DNA of 64,000 nt, from positions 4,919 to 68,918 of the forward strand of contig JABXHO010000001.1 of the NCBI GenBank assembly GCA_013373595.1, read 5' to 3'. Each line of letters starts with the position of its first letter. Within the stretch, counting starts at the first letter, position 1. A program made the translations under genes and the position numbers. Origin of the DNA: Flavobacteriales bacterium. GTDB taxonomy: Bacteria; Bacteroidota; Bacteroidia; Flavobacteriales_D; Crocinitomicaceae. The notes under the pieces are model-generated. The model saw only the letters and a program-made list of their open reading frames with translations. It ran no database searches and was not told the DNA's origin. This document shows, piece after piece, positions 1 to 8,798 of the stretch.

Positions 1-259
1 CACCGCAATGTACAACAGCAGATGTAAGTGCCATGTTGTCGGCTTCCGTTCCTCCTGAAGTAAAAATGATTTCGGAAGGTTGACAATTAAGGTGTTTCGC
101 AATGGATCGACGTGATGTTTCGATCAGCGCTTTTGTTTCACGACCAAAAGAATGGGTAGAAGATGGATTTCCAAAACTATTATTGAGAACTGGAATCATC
201 GCTTCTACTACCTCGGGAGCAATAGGAGTTGTTGCTGCATTGTCAAGATAAACTGCCAT
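1..259 (-). CDS. cysteine desulfurase (IscS/NifS-type), N-terminal part; gene continues beyond window start
   Basis: Reverse-strand translation from the ATG at 257-259 reads MAVYLDNAATTPIAPEVVEAMIPVLNNSFGNPSSTHSFGRETKALIETSRRSIAKHL...FTSGGTEADN, a typical N-terminus for this family. It is absent from the ORF track because there is no stop inside the window. Confidence 0.8.
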   Translation of the reverse strand, partial: MAVYLDNAATTPIAPEVVEAMIPVLNNSFGNPSSTHSFGRETKALIETSRRSIAKHLNCQPSEIIFTSGGTEADNMALTSAVVHCG

Positions 260-276
260 CGGTATCAAATTTTCGG

Positions 277-284
277 CAAATATA
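277..284 (-). promoter_or_regulatory. Bacteroidota-type -7 promoter box TATATTTG (TAnnTTTG)
   Basis: Plus-strand CAAATATA lies 18 nt upstream of the desulfurase ATG. Confidence 0.35.
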
Positions 285-351
285 GCCAATTCTTTGGGGT
301 TCTTTTGGGAAATGGATGGATGTGGATGCTTTTCCCTAGTAATCCAGTAGG

Positions 352-1059
352 TTAATTCTTTTTTGCTTCCTTTTTTGGCTTTTCTTTACGTTCCAATAAT
401 AGGTTGAGCGTGAGCCCCCATTCGTAATGACTTTTCGCTACATCAATGGCGCCAGTACTATATTGTCGATAGTATTCCATTTTAAAAAGATGGGCGTAGG
501 CTCCGATGGACCAATTTTCTTTTCCATATTCAGCAGATAGAATAGGGGTTTTGTAGTTGTCGTGTGTATTTACAAATCGGTATCCCGCTAATAAGGTGAT
601 ATGACTTCGTTGAAAATGGTTGACGAATAAGTTGTAGCGGAGGTACCAACACAGTGTGGCATCTAGTGTAACCGAGGTAATCCGATCACTATCTTCCTCT
701 TCATAACCATAAATATCGGTGTGATTCCGAGGGGACGGTGCAATCTGGAAGAGTCTTCCAATTCCAACTTTCGGACGCATTCCTGTGCTGAACATTTTAC
801 CCTTTACGATAGGAATGTGTAAACCTGCATGAACTACAGCATTTAATCCAAGATATGTCTTGTAGTTATGATCAAAATTTAGCGAATGAACCGTATCATT
901 CCATTGTACGCTGGAAAAACCGTATCCTGAGTTTTCAATTTTGTCCTTGTTATATTGTACAAATCCAAAGGATAGGTCAAAATGATACTTGAATTTGTCT
1001 ACTTGGCCGAATGAGGTATACGCGTTTAGCAGAACCAGGATAAAAAATACACGTCTCAT
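352..1059 (-). CDS. hypothetical secreted protein, possibly outer-membrane beta-barrel-like
   Basis: 235-aa ORF with signal peptide MRRVFFILVLLNAYTSFGQ and many alternating aromatic/hydrophobic stretches. Its ATG overlaps the upstream gene's stop (ATGA at 1056-1059). Confidence 0.6.
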   Translation of the reverse strand: MRRVFFILVLLNAYTSFGQVDKFKYHFDLSFGFVQYNKDKIENSGYGFSSVQWNDTVHSLNFDHNYKTYLGLNAVVHAGLHIPIVKGKMFSTGMRPKVGIGRLFQIAPSPRNHTDIYGYEEEDSDRITSVTLDATLCWYLRYNLFVNHFQRSHITLLAGYRFVNTHDNYKTPILSAEYGKENWSIGAYAHLFKMEYYRQYSTGAIDVAKSHYEWGLTLNLLLERKEKPKKEAKKN

Positions 1060-2168
1060 TTAAAAGTAGCTTGAATAAAAAGTCCTTGCTTTCCGGAAAT
1101 ATAGACGCTCTTATCGTCAATTTTTTGTACTTGCATAAAATACTCTGAATGGCCATTGCCGCTGTCATCTAATGCCTCTTCCCAAACACCCGTGTAATTG
1201 GTTGAAATGCTTGATTGCGCCACAGCAATATAAAAGTCGTTCACATATTCGATCGCTGTATAATCATGATCGTGAAAATTGTAACTCGAAACATTCCAGT
1301 CATTTGAATGCCAATTGTGAAAATAGATTTTACCGTATTCTGTCACGATAGCGGTTTTGCCACCTGCATGATGAACATCCAAGGGAATATTTCCGATAAT
1401 ATCCCAAGTTTCCATATCGTTCGTGTTGAAGTCATAGATTTGGATCTCACCATCCCAAAAGTTGAAATTTCGAGTTAAATAGTGAAGTCTTCCATTGCTG
1501 TAGTTGCAATAGTCTGGATGTATTCCAGAATGAGGAAAATGATGAACTATTGTATAGTCTGCGCTAGAAGGAAGTGAGGTGACAATGTGGTTATCGTACC
1601 ATGCGTTTTCGTTGGATTCTGCAAGAATCATTTCACCTGCTTCATTTTTACCAACAAAACAAAAGTCGTAGATCGGGTTATTTCCGGTGTAATCGGTTGT
1701 CAAGATAGTTGTCCATGTTTGCCCTCCATCATAAGTCCTGTAGGCTTCGTTATTTGCTGTGAAGGCGCCATTGTTTTCATCGAAAAACACAATCGATTGT
1801 ACGTCCATTTCGTATTGGGAGACGACGCCATTGGGAAGAGGAAGTTCCAACCAAGATGTCCCGCCATCTGCTGTTTTAAAAATTTTCATGTTGTTTCCAC
1901 TCTTTCCAATAGCGAAACATAGATTCTTATTTACAACGCTGAATTCAACGATGTCATAATTGGTGGGAATTGAGCAGTCTTTTTTGGACACCGCTAATCG
2001 AGTTTCAACGATACCAGCGTCTTTTTTACACGATGATGTCGTCAGGAATAAAATTGCAGAAAACGTCAGCAAAAAGAAGAGTGAGCTTGTTCTTACTTCC
2101 ATCCGATTTGGAGTTCTAGCAACAATTTCTTGGGGAGTTTTCATAAATGGAAATCGAACTTTGGGCAA
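1056..2168 (-). CDS. BNR/Asp-box repeat lipoprotein (Ycf48/sialidase-like beta-propeller)
   Basis: Asp-box motifs TADGGTSW and TYDGGQTW. The likely true start is the ATG at 2102 (MEVRTSSLFFLLTFSAILFLTTSSC, a lipobox-like signal) rather than the longest ORF start. Confidence 0.65.
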   Translation of the reverse strand: MPKVRFPFMKTPQEIVARTPNRMEVRTSSLFFLLTFSAILFLTTSSCKKDAGIVETRLAVSKKDCSIPTNYDIVEFSVVNKNLCFAIGKSGNNMKIFKTADGGTSWLELPLPNGVVSQYEMDVQSIVFFDENNGAFTANNEAYRTYDGGQTWTTILTTDYTGNNPIYDFCFVGKNEAGEMILAESNENAWYDNHIVTSLPSSADYTIVHHFPHSGIHPDYCNYSNGRLHYLTRNFNFWDGEIQIYDFNTNDMETWDIIGNIPLDVHHAGGKTAIVTEYGKIYFHNWHSNDWNVSSYNFHDHDYTAIEYVNDFYIAVAQSSISTNYTGVWEEALDDSGNGHSEYFMQVQKIDDKSVYISGKQGLFIQATFK

Positions 2169-2181
2169 AAGTAGTTAATTC

Positions 2182-2697
2182 TTAAGGCAAATCTTTACCA
2201 AGTAGATGACGCATGGTTACTTTCTCCGGAGCTCGTTTTAGGTTTTCCATGAAGAAAAGACTCTTTTCAATGCGTTTTTCACTTGATTTTAGTTGAAGAA
2301 CAATGTAGATGATTCCTCTTCGCATTCCCTTGGGGAGTTTGCTGAACCGTTCATTGGCATGTGGATCTTGCCGCAATACTTCTTCGAATTCTTCAGGAAC
2401 ATCGAATCCATATTCGGAACGATTTTTTTCGAGGTGAACCGTGACGGTGTCTCCCAGTGTAACGCCAATCTTTTTCATTCGCGCCTTGGAGAATGTTATG
2501 TAAGCAGTATTATTTCCAAGTGAAACGGTACCACCTTGCCACGTAACCTCATTGTTGATCGTGACATTGAAACGTTGGTTATACAACAGTTTGTCGCCTT
2601 CTTCCCTAAAACTTTCAAGGATTTCGTCGGAAACGGAGATATACGACATTTTTAACTTGTCGAGGTACTCAATTTTTGAGGTAAAGGTTGCAGACAT
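2182..2697 (-). CDS. DUF1905 / YdeI-OmpD-associated family protein
   Basis: 171-aa ORF. Its N-terminal beta-rich half and C-terminal helical half resemble the YdeI family; this is recognition by eye only. Confidence 0.55.
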   Translation of the reverse strand: MSATFTSKIEYLDKLKMSYISVSDEILESFREEGDKLLYNQRFNVTINNEVTWQGGTVSLGNNTAYITFSKARMKKIGVTLGDTVTVHLEKNRSEYGFDVPEEFEEVLRQDPHANERFSKLPKGMRRGIIYIVLQLKSSEKRIEKSLFFMENLKRAPEKVTMRHLLGKDLP

Positions 2698-2710
2698 AAT
2701 TACAAGATAC

Positions 2711-2735
2711 GAAAAAGTCTGCCCGAAGACAGACT
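2711..2735 (-). terminator. rho-independent terminator after the vWA gene
   Basis: On the minus strand AGTCTG-tcttcggg-CAGACT is followed by TTTTT. A second hairpin, TGAACC/GGTTCA, lies at 2737-2752. Confidence 0.5.
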
Positions 2736-2778
2736 CTGAACCTCAAGGTTCATCAAACATGAAATTTGCAACACTATA

Positions 2779-3918
2779 CTACTCTGGAGTGTTAGCTTCT
2801 TTTACAAAACCAATCGATTTTGCGCGTTTTTCAATGCTTTGATTCACAGAGGAACCGAAATCATCTACTTCTTCTCCCTGTTCTGCACGTCTCTTTTTTT
2901 CGTCAGCGATGTAATTTTCACGCAAAAGAGCCAATTCGCCGATTTTCGCTTGATAGTTTTCGCGTTCCTCTTTTTTCGCTTCAATAAGAGCCAATTTTTC
3001 TTCTGTGGTTTTGTTTTTGAATTCTTCTGGAAGTTCTTTTTCCTCAATCTCCGCAATATCTTTTCCTTCTTCTACTGCGTCTACCAAATCCCATGATGCA
3101 TTTTTGTACACGCCTTTTTTCGATTTTGAAATGCTTCGCTCGGCAGCAACGGAAGTGCTCATGGCACCAGCATTTAGATCTTCGCTCATTTGAATTTCCT
3201 TCTTGCGAATACCTTCAACTCCATAACCATAGTAGGTGCTGTTGAGTGAATCGTTGTACAGTTGAATTTCTTTATCGTAAGGAGTTGGAATGTGAACGAT
3301 TTCTTTGTTCGCATCAATGTTGAAGAAATCTCCTCCTGAACAATCAGCTCCATCAAACCATTTCATGCGTACTCCTTCGTTATAATCTCCACAAAAAATA
3401 GAGTTGATATAAACGGATTTACTCTTAGCATTTGTACACGCTTTTCGGTAATCAATTTTTCCCTGGTCGAACTCTTCATTCCCAGCGATGTAAATCATTT
3501 TGAGGTCGTCTTGGTTATTTGTCCAAGCGAGATCATCCAATGCTTTCTGAATAACAGCACCACAATATTCACTTCCTCCGTTGGTTCTTAAGGCAAACAT
3601 CTTCTGAGAAAGATCGTCTAAATCTGAGGTGAAGTTCAATACCTGACGTAAATAATTGTCTTTTTTATCAAGTCCATCATTTCCGTATTCGTACAAGGAG
3701 AATTCCATGATGGGCAATTCCCCTTCGAAACGTAATTCACTAATTTCATTGACAATGTTCCAAATACGCGATTTTGCTTGGTCGATCAGGTTGTCCATGC
3801 TATTCGACGTGTCAAAAAGAATCGCAACTTGTACTTTTTTGTCGGATGGTGGTGTTCCTTGAGCCAAGGCCGCACTCACAAAAGCGATGCTGAGTATGGA
3901 TGAAATGATTTTCTTCAT
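2779..3918 (-). CDS. von Willebrand factor type A domain protein, secreted, with charged coiled-coil C-terminus
   Basis: Signal peptide MKKIISSILSIAFVSAALAQG, MIDAS motif DTSNS in VAILFDTSNSMD, and a K/E-rich C-terminal third. Confidence 0.75.
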   Translation of the reverse strand: MKKIISSILSIAFVSAALAQGTPPSDKKVQVAILFDTSNSMDNLIDQAKSRIWNIVNEISELRFEGELPIMEFSLYEYGNDGLDKKDNYLRQVLNFTSDLDDLSQKMFALRTNGGSEYCGAVIQKALDDLAWTNNQDDLKMIYIAGNEEFDQGKIDYRKACTNAKSKSVYINSIFCGDYNEGVRMKWFDGADCSGGDFFNIDANKEIVHIPTPYDKEIQLYNDSLNSTYYGYGVEGIRKKEIQMSEDLNAGAMSTSVAAERSISKSKKGVYKNASWDLVDAVEEGKDIAEIEEKELPEEFKNKTTEEKLALIEAKKEERENYQAKIGELALLRENYIADEKKRRAEQGEEVDDFGSSVNQSIEKRAKSIGFVKEANTPE

Positions 3919-3993
3919 GAGGACTGTTTTGACTCAGTACAACAATGAAGAGAAAGGGTTCAAAAAAATGAGGTGAGAATGAAAAAGTAACAC

Positions 3994-4683
3994 TTATACT
4001 CCAGCCAATCGGATTAGACCTTCTTTGTCCAATACTTCAATTTTACGCACGTGCGTCGTAACAAAACCGTCGTCTTTAAAATCTTTCAGTAAACGAATTA
4101 AGGTTTCGGTTGCTGTTCCAACGAAGTTGGCCAAATCTTCTCTCGATAAGTTGATGAAGTCCTCTCCGTAGATATCATCCAAAATCAAAAGGGCAGCAGC
4201 AAGACGCTCTCTTACTGATTTTTGAGCCATATTTTTGATGAAAGAAGCACGATCTGCCAGTTCTTTTGAAAGTTCGCGAAGAATTCCATTTCTCAAATTA
4301 GGATTGGTATCTACCAGATCAAGAAAATCATCTTTAGAAATGAAACAGATATTGCTTTCTTCCAATGTATTTGCAGCAACGGAGTACGGTTCACCACTAA
4401 ACATGGCGCGGAAACCAACAATTTCCCCAGATGTGGCTACATGTATAATCTGTTCTTTTCCTTCTTCTCCACGAGAATAAACTTTCACTTTTCCCTCATT
4501 GATGCAGAAAACACCACGGGGTAAACCACCCTCGATAAACAAAGGTTGACCTTTTTTGAAATACGAGCATGATTTGCTGGAGTCTACCTTCTCCAAATCT
4601 TCACCCGTCATAGAACAGAGTAGGGAATCCTTGCGTGATAAACAATTTTTACACGTGATGTGCTTGTGTGATTTTTCCAACAT
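3994..4683 (-). CDS. Crp/Fnr family transcriptional regulator with N-terminal Cys cluster
   Basis: 229 aa with a cNMP-binding-like beta-roll and a C-terminal HTH (SREDLANFVGTATETLIRLLK). The N-terminus has C11, C14, C23 and C39. The gene is divergent from hemN/cco. Confidence 0.85.
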   Translation of the reverse strand: MLEKSHKHITCKNCLSRKDSLLCSMTGEDLEKVDSSKSCSYFKKGQPLFIEGGLPRGVFCINEGKVKVYSRGEEGKEQIIHVATSGEIVGFRAMFSGEPYSVAANTLEESNICFISKDDFLDLVDTNPNLRNGILRELSKELADRASFIKNMAQKSVRERLAAALLILDDIYGEDFINLSREDLANFVGTATETLIRLLKDFKDDGFVTTHVRKIEVLDKEGLIRLAGV

Positions 4684-4707
4684 TTGCGGTCAATTCGTTT
4701 TCTCTAT

Positions 4708-4715
4708 CAAAAGTA
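4708..4715 (-). promoter_or_regulatory. -7 promoter box TACTTTTG for the fnr-like gene
   Basis: Plus-strand CAAAAGTA lies 24 nt upstream of the ATG at 4683. Confidence 0.3.
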
Positions 4716-4739
4716 GTGATTTTACTTTTTTTAAGAAGT

Positions 4740-4753
4740 ATGATTTAGGTCAT
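4740..4753. promoter_or_regulatory. candidate CRP/FNR-type operator ATGATTTAGGTCAT (TGA-N6-TCA core)
   Basis: Imperfect palindrome in the fnr-hemN divergent region. Its reverse complement ATGACCTAAATCAT matches 12 of 14 positions of the box at 8540-8553. Confidence 0.35.
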
Positions 4754-4787
4754 TTTTTTGCAGAAACCAAGGAACTACATTTGGTCT

Positions 4788-6161
4788 ATGAATTCTGATA
4801 AACGTGCGCAGCTTATTCGTAAGTACGATGTTCCCGGTCCAAGGTATACTTCGTATCCTACTGTTCCCTATTGGAAAAACGATCCTTTACAGAGTAAAGA
4901 TTGGTTGGAGACCATTCAAAGGAATCAGTCTCATTTCCAGAGTGATGAGGTGAGTGTATATGTTCATTTACCGTATTGCGAGAGTTTATGCACGTTTTGT
5001 GGGTGCCACAAGCGAATTACGAAAAACCACGCAGTTGAAGAGCCTTATATCGATGCGGTGATTAAAGAGTGGAGCTTGTACAAAGAGCGTGGGCTCGCAG
5101 GTGCTCAAATTAAAGAACTTCACTTTGGAGGTGGAACACCTACTTTTTTTGCGGCGGATGAATTGGTTCGATTGGTAAAGGCACTTCTCGAAGACCAAAC
5201 AGTTGCCCCTTCGGAAGTTGAAATGGGATTTGAAGCACATCCAAATAATACGTCAAAAGAGCATTTGGAAAAATTGCATGCATTGGGATTCAGAAGATTG
5301 AGCCTAGGTGTGCAAGATTACAACCCTGTGGTGCAGAAAGCTATCCACCGAATTCAGCCTTTTGCGCAGGTGAAAAAAGTGCATGATATGGCACGGGAAA
5401 TGGGGTACGACTCCATCAGTCATGATCTTGTATTTGGTTTGCCAAAACAATCCTTGAAAGATATCTTATTTACTGTTGATAAAACCTTGGAATTGCGTCC
5501 AGACCGTATTTCGTTGTATAGTTACGCACATGTTCCGTGGGTAAAAGGCACGGGTCAGCGCGGATTCAACGAAGATGATCTTCCAACAGGAGAGGTGAAA
5601 CGTGAATTGTACGAACAGTCGAAGTTAAAACTGATTGAAGCAGGATACTTAGAAATTGGAATGGACCATTTCGCACTTCCGACGGATTCATTGGCAATTG
5701 CTTTTTTGTCGAAGAACCTTCATCGAAACTTCATGGGGTATACAACGCAAAACACACCAATGTTAATTGGACTCGGAATGTCGGCTATTTCTGATAGCTG
5801 GTTTGGTTTTGCGCAAAATAAGAAGAGCGTAGAGGCGTATTTAGAAGGGATAAAAAATGAACAATTGCCTATTTTTAGAGGACATTTGTTAACAGAAGAT
5901 GATTTGATTGTTCGACAACATATTCTCGATTTAATGTGTCACTTTGAGACAGAAATTGGGAAGCAAGAGTCGTTTGACTTCTATTTAAACGTGTTGCTGA
6001 AACTCGGAGAAATGGTGGAAGATCAATTGGTAGAGATGGAAGGAAACACCTTGAGAATTACAGAAGCAGGAATTCCATTCGTACGCAATGTGTGTATGAT
6101 TTTCGATCGAAGTTTACAATCAAACTCTAGGAAAGAAGGCGTGTTTTCACGAACAATATGA
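4788..6161 (+). CDS. hemN: oxygen-independent coproporphyrinogen III oxidase (radical SAM)
   Basis: CxxxCxxC radical-SAM motif (CESLCTFCGC) and N-terminus IRKYDVPGPRYTSYPT. The ATG at 4788 is preferred over the TTG at 4758. A 4-nt ATGA overlap joins it to ccoI. Confidence 0.9.
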   Translation: MNSDKRAQLIRKYDVPGPRYTSYPTVPYWKNDPLQSKDWLETIQRNQSHFQSDEVSVYVHLPYCESLCTFCGCHKRITKNHAVEEPYIDAVIKEWSLYKERGLAGAQIKELHFGGGTPTFFAADELVRLVKALLEDQTVAPSEVEMGFEAHPNNTSKEHLEKLHALGFRRLSLGVQDYNPVVQKAIHRIQPFAQVKKVHDMAREMGYDSISHDLVFGLPKQSLKDILFTVDKTLELRPDRISLYSYAHVPWVKGTGQRGFNEDDLPTGEVKRELYEQSKLKLIEAGYLEIGMDHFALPTDSLAIAFLSKNLHRNFMGYTTQNTPMLIGLGMSAISDSWFGFAQNKKSVEAYLEGIKNEQLPIFRGHLLTEDDLIVRQHILDLMCHFETEIGKQESFDFYLNVLLKLGEMVEDQLVEMEGNTLRITEAGIPFVRNVCMIFDRSLQSNSRKEGVFSRTI

Positions 6162-8506
6162 GCGAAAGTTGCTACCATTGTGGGGATGATGTAATCGGGA
6201 AAGGGTACTCACTCGGAGATAAAAAGTTTTGCTGTAATGGATGCAAAAGCGTCTATCAATTACTCCATGAAAATGGCTTGAATTCTTTCTACGCTATGGA
6301 AGAGCAAGCTGGGGTGAAGCCGAAGTCTTCGGACGTACATCGCTACGATTTTCTTGACCTCCCAGCAATTCGCGAACGCTACATCGATTTTGAAGACGAG
6401 AACTCTGTTCACGTAAAACTATTTCTCCCCGCGATACATTGTTCATCGTGTATCTATTTATTGGAGAACATTCATAAAATTGAGCCTCGAATTCTGAGTT
6501 GTCAAACGAACTTCACGGAACGAACAGCAACCATCGCTTTTAAGAAATCATTTCCGTTTCCTGAATTAGCCTTGTTGCTCGATCGTATCGGATATCCACC
6601 GAACTTCGAAGAAAAGAAAGAAGTCAATAAATCAATAGACAAGACCTTTTTATACCAAATGGGCGTTGCAGGATTCGCATTTGGAAGTATCATGCTTTGG
6701 AGCTTTCCGGAGTATTTAGGAATTGATGAGGCTCCTGCAGGTTTCCGATCGCTTACGGCATACCTGTCATTCTTCGTGTCTATTCCTGTGTTGCTTTATT
6801 CTGCAAGAGACTATTATATGTCAGCATTCAAAGCAATTCGATACAAACAAATCAACATTGATGTCCCAATTACCTTGGGAATTCTCGCGCTCTACGCACA
6901 AAGTTGTTACCATATTTTTTCTGGCTTAGGTCCAGGATACATGGACAGCTTTGCTGGATTTATTTTCTTCTTGCTCATCGGGAAATGGTTCCAACGAAAG
7001 ACATATCGTTCATTATCCTTCGATCGTGATTACGCGTCCTATTTCCCCGTAGCGGTATTGCGTATCAAGAATGAAGAGGAAGAGATCGTCGAAATCGAGA
7101 AAATTGAAGAAGGCGATCACCTCATGATTCGAAACGATGAAATTGTGCCATGCGATGTGATTTTGGTCTCGGATACTGCTCAAATTGATTATAGTTTTGT
7201 TACGGGTGAATCCGTTCCTGTTACCATCAAAAAAGGGCAATTGGTATACGCAGGAGGAAGATTGATTGGAGCGAAAACGCGCTTTCAGGCAAAAAGTAAA
7301 TCAGAAAGAAGTCGCTTGGCGAACTTGTGGAATAAATCGAGTAATGTTTCCGAAGAACGATCTATCTCTCAGAAGAAATGGGATAAATTATCCGCCTACT
7401 TTTTGGTAGGAGTGATCATTGTAGCCTCAATTGCGGCAATTTCGTGGGCATTTATTGATACCAATCGAATTGTGTCCACAGTCGTTTCCGTATTAATTGT
7501 GGCATGTCCGTGCGCGCTTGCCTTGTCTCGACCATTTACCTACGGTAATACCATGCGTAAAATGGGACGTTCAGGGCTCTATTTACAGAATACGGAGGTC
7601 ATCGAAGATATCAATGAAGTTACAGACATTGTGTTCGATAAAACAGGAACACTCACCAAAGGAAGTCAGGAAAAAGTGACGTTTGAAGGTGAAATGCTTA
7701 CGGATCAGGAGTGGGGAAGTGTTCTCATCTTGTCCAATTCATCTACGCACGTGTTGTCGCGGACAATCGCTAGATGGATCAAAAACAAGAACTTGAGTAT
7801 CGATTCGAACGTTGAAGTTGAGAATTACAACGAATCCGTTGGACAAGGAATCGAGGGACAGGTGTCGGATCAGCACATCAAAATCGGAAGTGCGAAATTT
7901 ATGGGACTCGACGCTCAAGATGGAACCTTTATCTCCATAAACGGAGAAGTACGAGGGAAATTCATGTTCGCTTCGGAGTTACGTGATGGACTGGAAAGCA
8001 TGATGGCTGATTTAACGTCAAACTACACGGTTCACGTGCTCTCGGGAGATTCTGAGAAAGATGCGCAAATGATGCAAGAAGCATTCCCGTCGCTGGAAAA
8101 CTGTTTGTTTAAGCAATCACCTGAGGACAAATTTGCCTATACGCAACAACTTCAAGAGCAAGGAAAACACGTCATGATGATAGGTGATGGATTAAACGAT
8201 TCGGGTGCCTTGGCGAAGGCAGATGTCGGAATTGCTATTTCGGAAGATGTGTTCCAGTTTTCACCCAATTCAAATGGAATCTTAGAAGCAAATAAGTTGC
8301 ACAAATTGACCTCGATTTTGGTAACAAGTAATTTTGCAAAAACAGTCTTAAGAATCTGCTTGGCTTTCTCCATTTTCTACAATATTGTCGGATTGGGATT
8401 TGCAATTACTGGAAATTTAACCCCACTTGTTGCGGCGGTTTTAATGCCCATTAGTTCTATATCTATCGTGATTATCAGCACTGTATTTATTCACTTCAGA
8501 AAGTGA
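6158..8506 (+). CDS. ccoI: copper-translocating P-type ATPase CcoI/FixI
   Basis: CPC motif (VACPCALALS), DKTGTLT phosphorylation site, GDGLND hinge, and an N-terminal Cys-rich metal-binding region. Confidence 0.9.
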   Translation: MSESCYHCGDDVIGKGYSLGDKKFCCNGCKSVYQLLHENGLNSFYAMEEQAGVKPKSSDVHRYDFLDLPAIRERYIDFEDENSVHVKLFLPAIHCSSCIYLLENIHKIEPRILSCQTNFTERTATIAFKKSFPFPELALLLDRIGYPPNFEEKKEVNKSIDKTFLYQMGVAGFAFGSIMLWSFPEYLGIDEAPAGFRSLTAYLSFFVSIPVLLYSARDYYMSAFKAIRYKQINIDVPITLGILALYAQSCYHIFSGLGPGYMDSFAGFIFFLLIGKWFQRKTYRSLSFDRDYASYFPVAVLRIKNEEEEIVEIEKIEEGDHLMIRNDEIVPCDVILVSDTAQIDYSFVTGESVPVTIKKGQLVYAGGRLIGAKTRFQAKSKSERSRLANLWNKSSNVSEERSISQKKWDKLSAYFLVGVIIVASIAAISWAFIDTNRIVSTVVSVLIVACPCALALSRPFTYGNTMRKMGRSGLYLQNTEVIEDINEVTDIVFDKTGTLTKGSQEKVTFEGEMLTDQEWGSVLILSNSSTHVLSRTIARWIKNKNLSIDSNVEVENYNESVGQGIEGQVSDQHIKIGSAKFMGLDAQDGTFISINGEVRGKFMFASELRDGLESMMADLTSNYTVHVLSGDSEKDAQMMQEAFPSLENCLFKQSPEDKFAYTQQLQEQGKHVMMIGDGLNDSGALAKADVGIAISEDVFQFSPNSNGILEANKLHKLTSILVTSNFAKTVLRICLAFSIFYNIVGLGFAITGNLTPLVAAVLMPISSISIVIISTVFIHFRK

Positions 8507-8510
8507 GATA

Positions 8511-8529
8511 ATCCCCGTTTTATGGGGAT
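8511..8529 (+). terminator. hairpin after ccoI (ATCCCC-gttttat-GGGGAT), weak T tract
   Basis: Perfect 6-bp stem 5 nt after the ccoI stop. No strong U-run, so its function is uncertain. Confidence 0.35.
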
Positions 8530-8539
8530 TTCAAAAAAC

Positions 8540-8553
8540 ATGACATAAATCAG
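8540..8553. promoter_or_regulatory. candidate CRP/FNR-type operator ATGACATAAATCAG
   Basis: TGA-N6-TCA core centred 63 nt upstream of the ccoS ATG. It matches the hemN-region box at 12 of 14 positions. Confidence 0.35.
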
Positions 8554-8609
8554 GTTTTACAGTAACATGTGTCATATAAAATGCATCAAATTCTGGGTTG
8601 CTTTGTACT

Positions 8610-8798
8610 ATGGGAATTATCTATTTGATGTTAATCGTGAGTCTGATCATTGCACTCTTCTTCTTAGTCTCCTTCTTGTGGGCCACGAAGAATGGTCAAT
8701 TTGAAGACGATCATACACCATCAATTAGAATTCTCTTTGATGATGAAAACAATGAACAACCAAATTACTTAGAAGACGATGGAAGTACAAAAGTTTAG
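8610..8798 (+). CDS. ccoS: cbb3-type cytochrome oxidase maturation protein CcoS
   Basis: Single TM followed by WATKNGQFEDDHTPSIRILFDDE, typical of CcoS/FixS. The ATG at 8610 is preferred over the TTG at 8598. Confidence 0.85.
   Translation: MGIIYLMLIVSLIIALFFLVSFLWATKNGQFEDDHTPSIRILFDDENNEQPNYLEDDGSTKV

Noticed and set aside
152-355. 67-aa plus-strand ORF from the track.
   Set aside because: Most of it lies antisense to the clearly recognisable N-terminus of the cysteine desulfurase gene (1-259, minus strand), and its sequence is Cys/Trp-rich nonsense.
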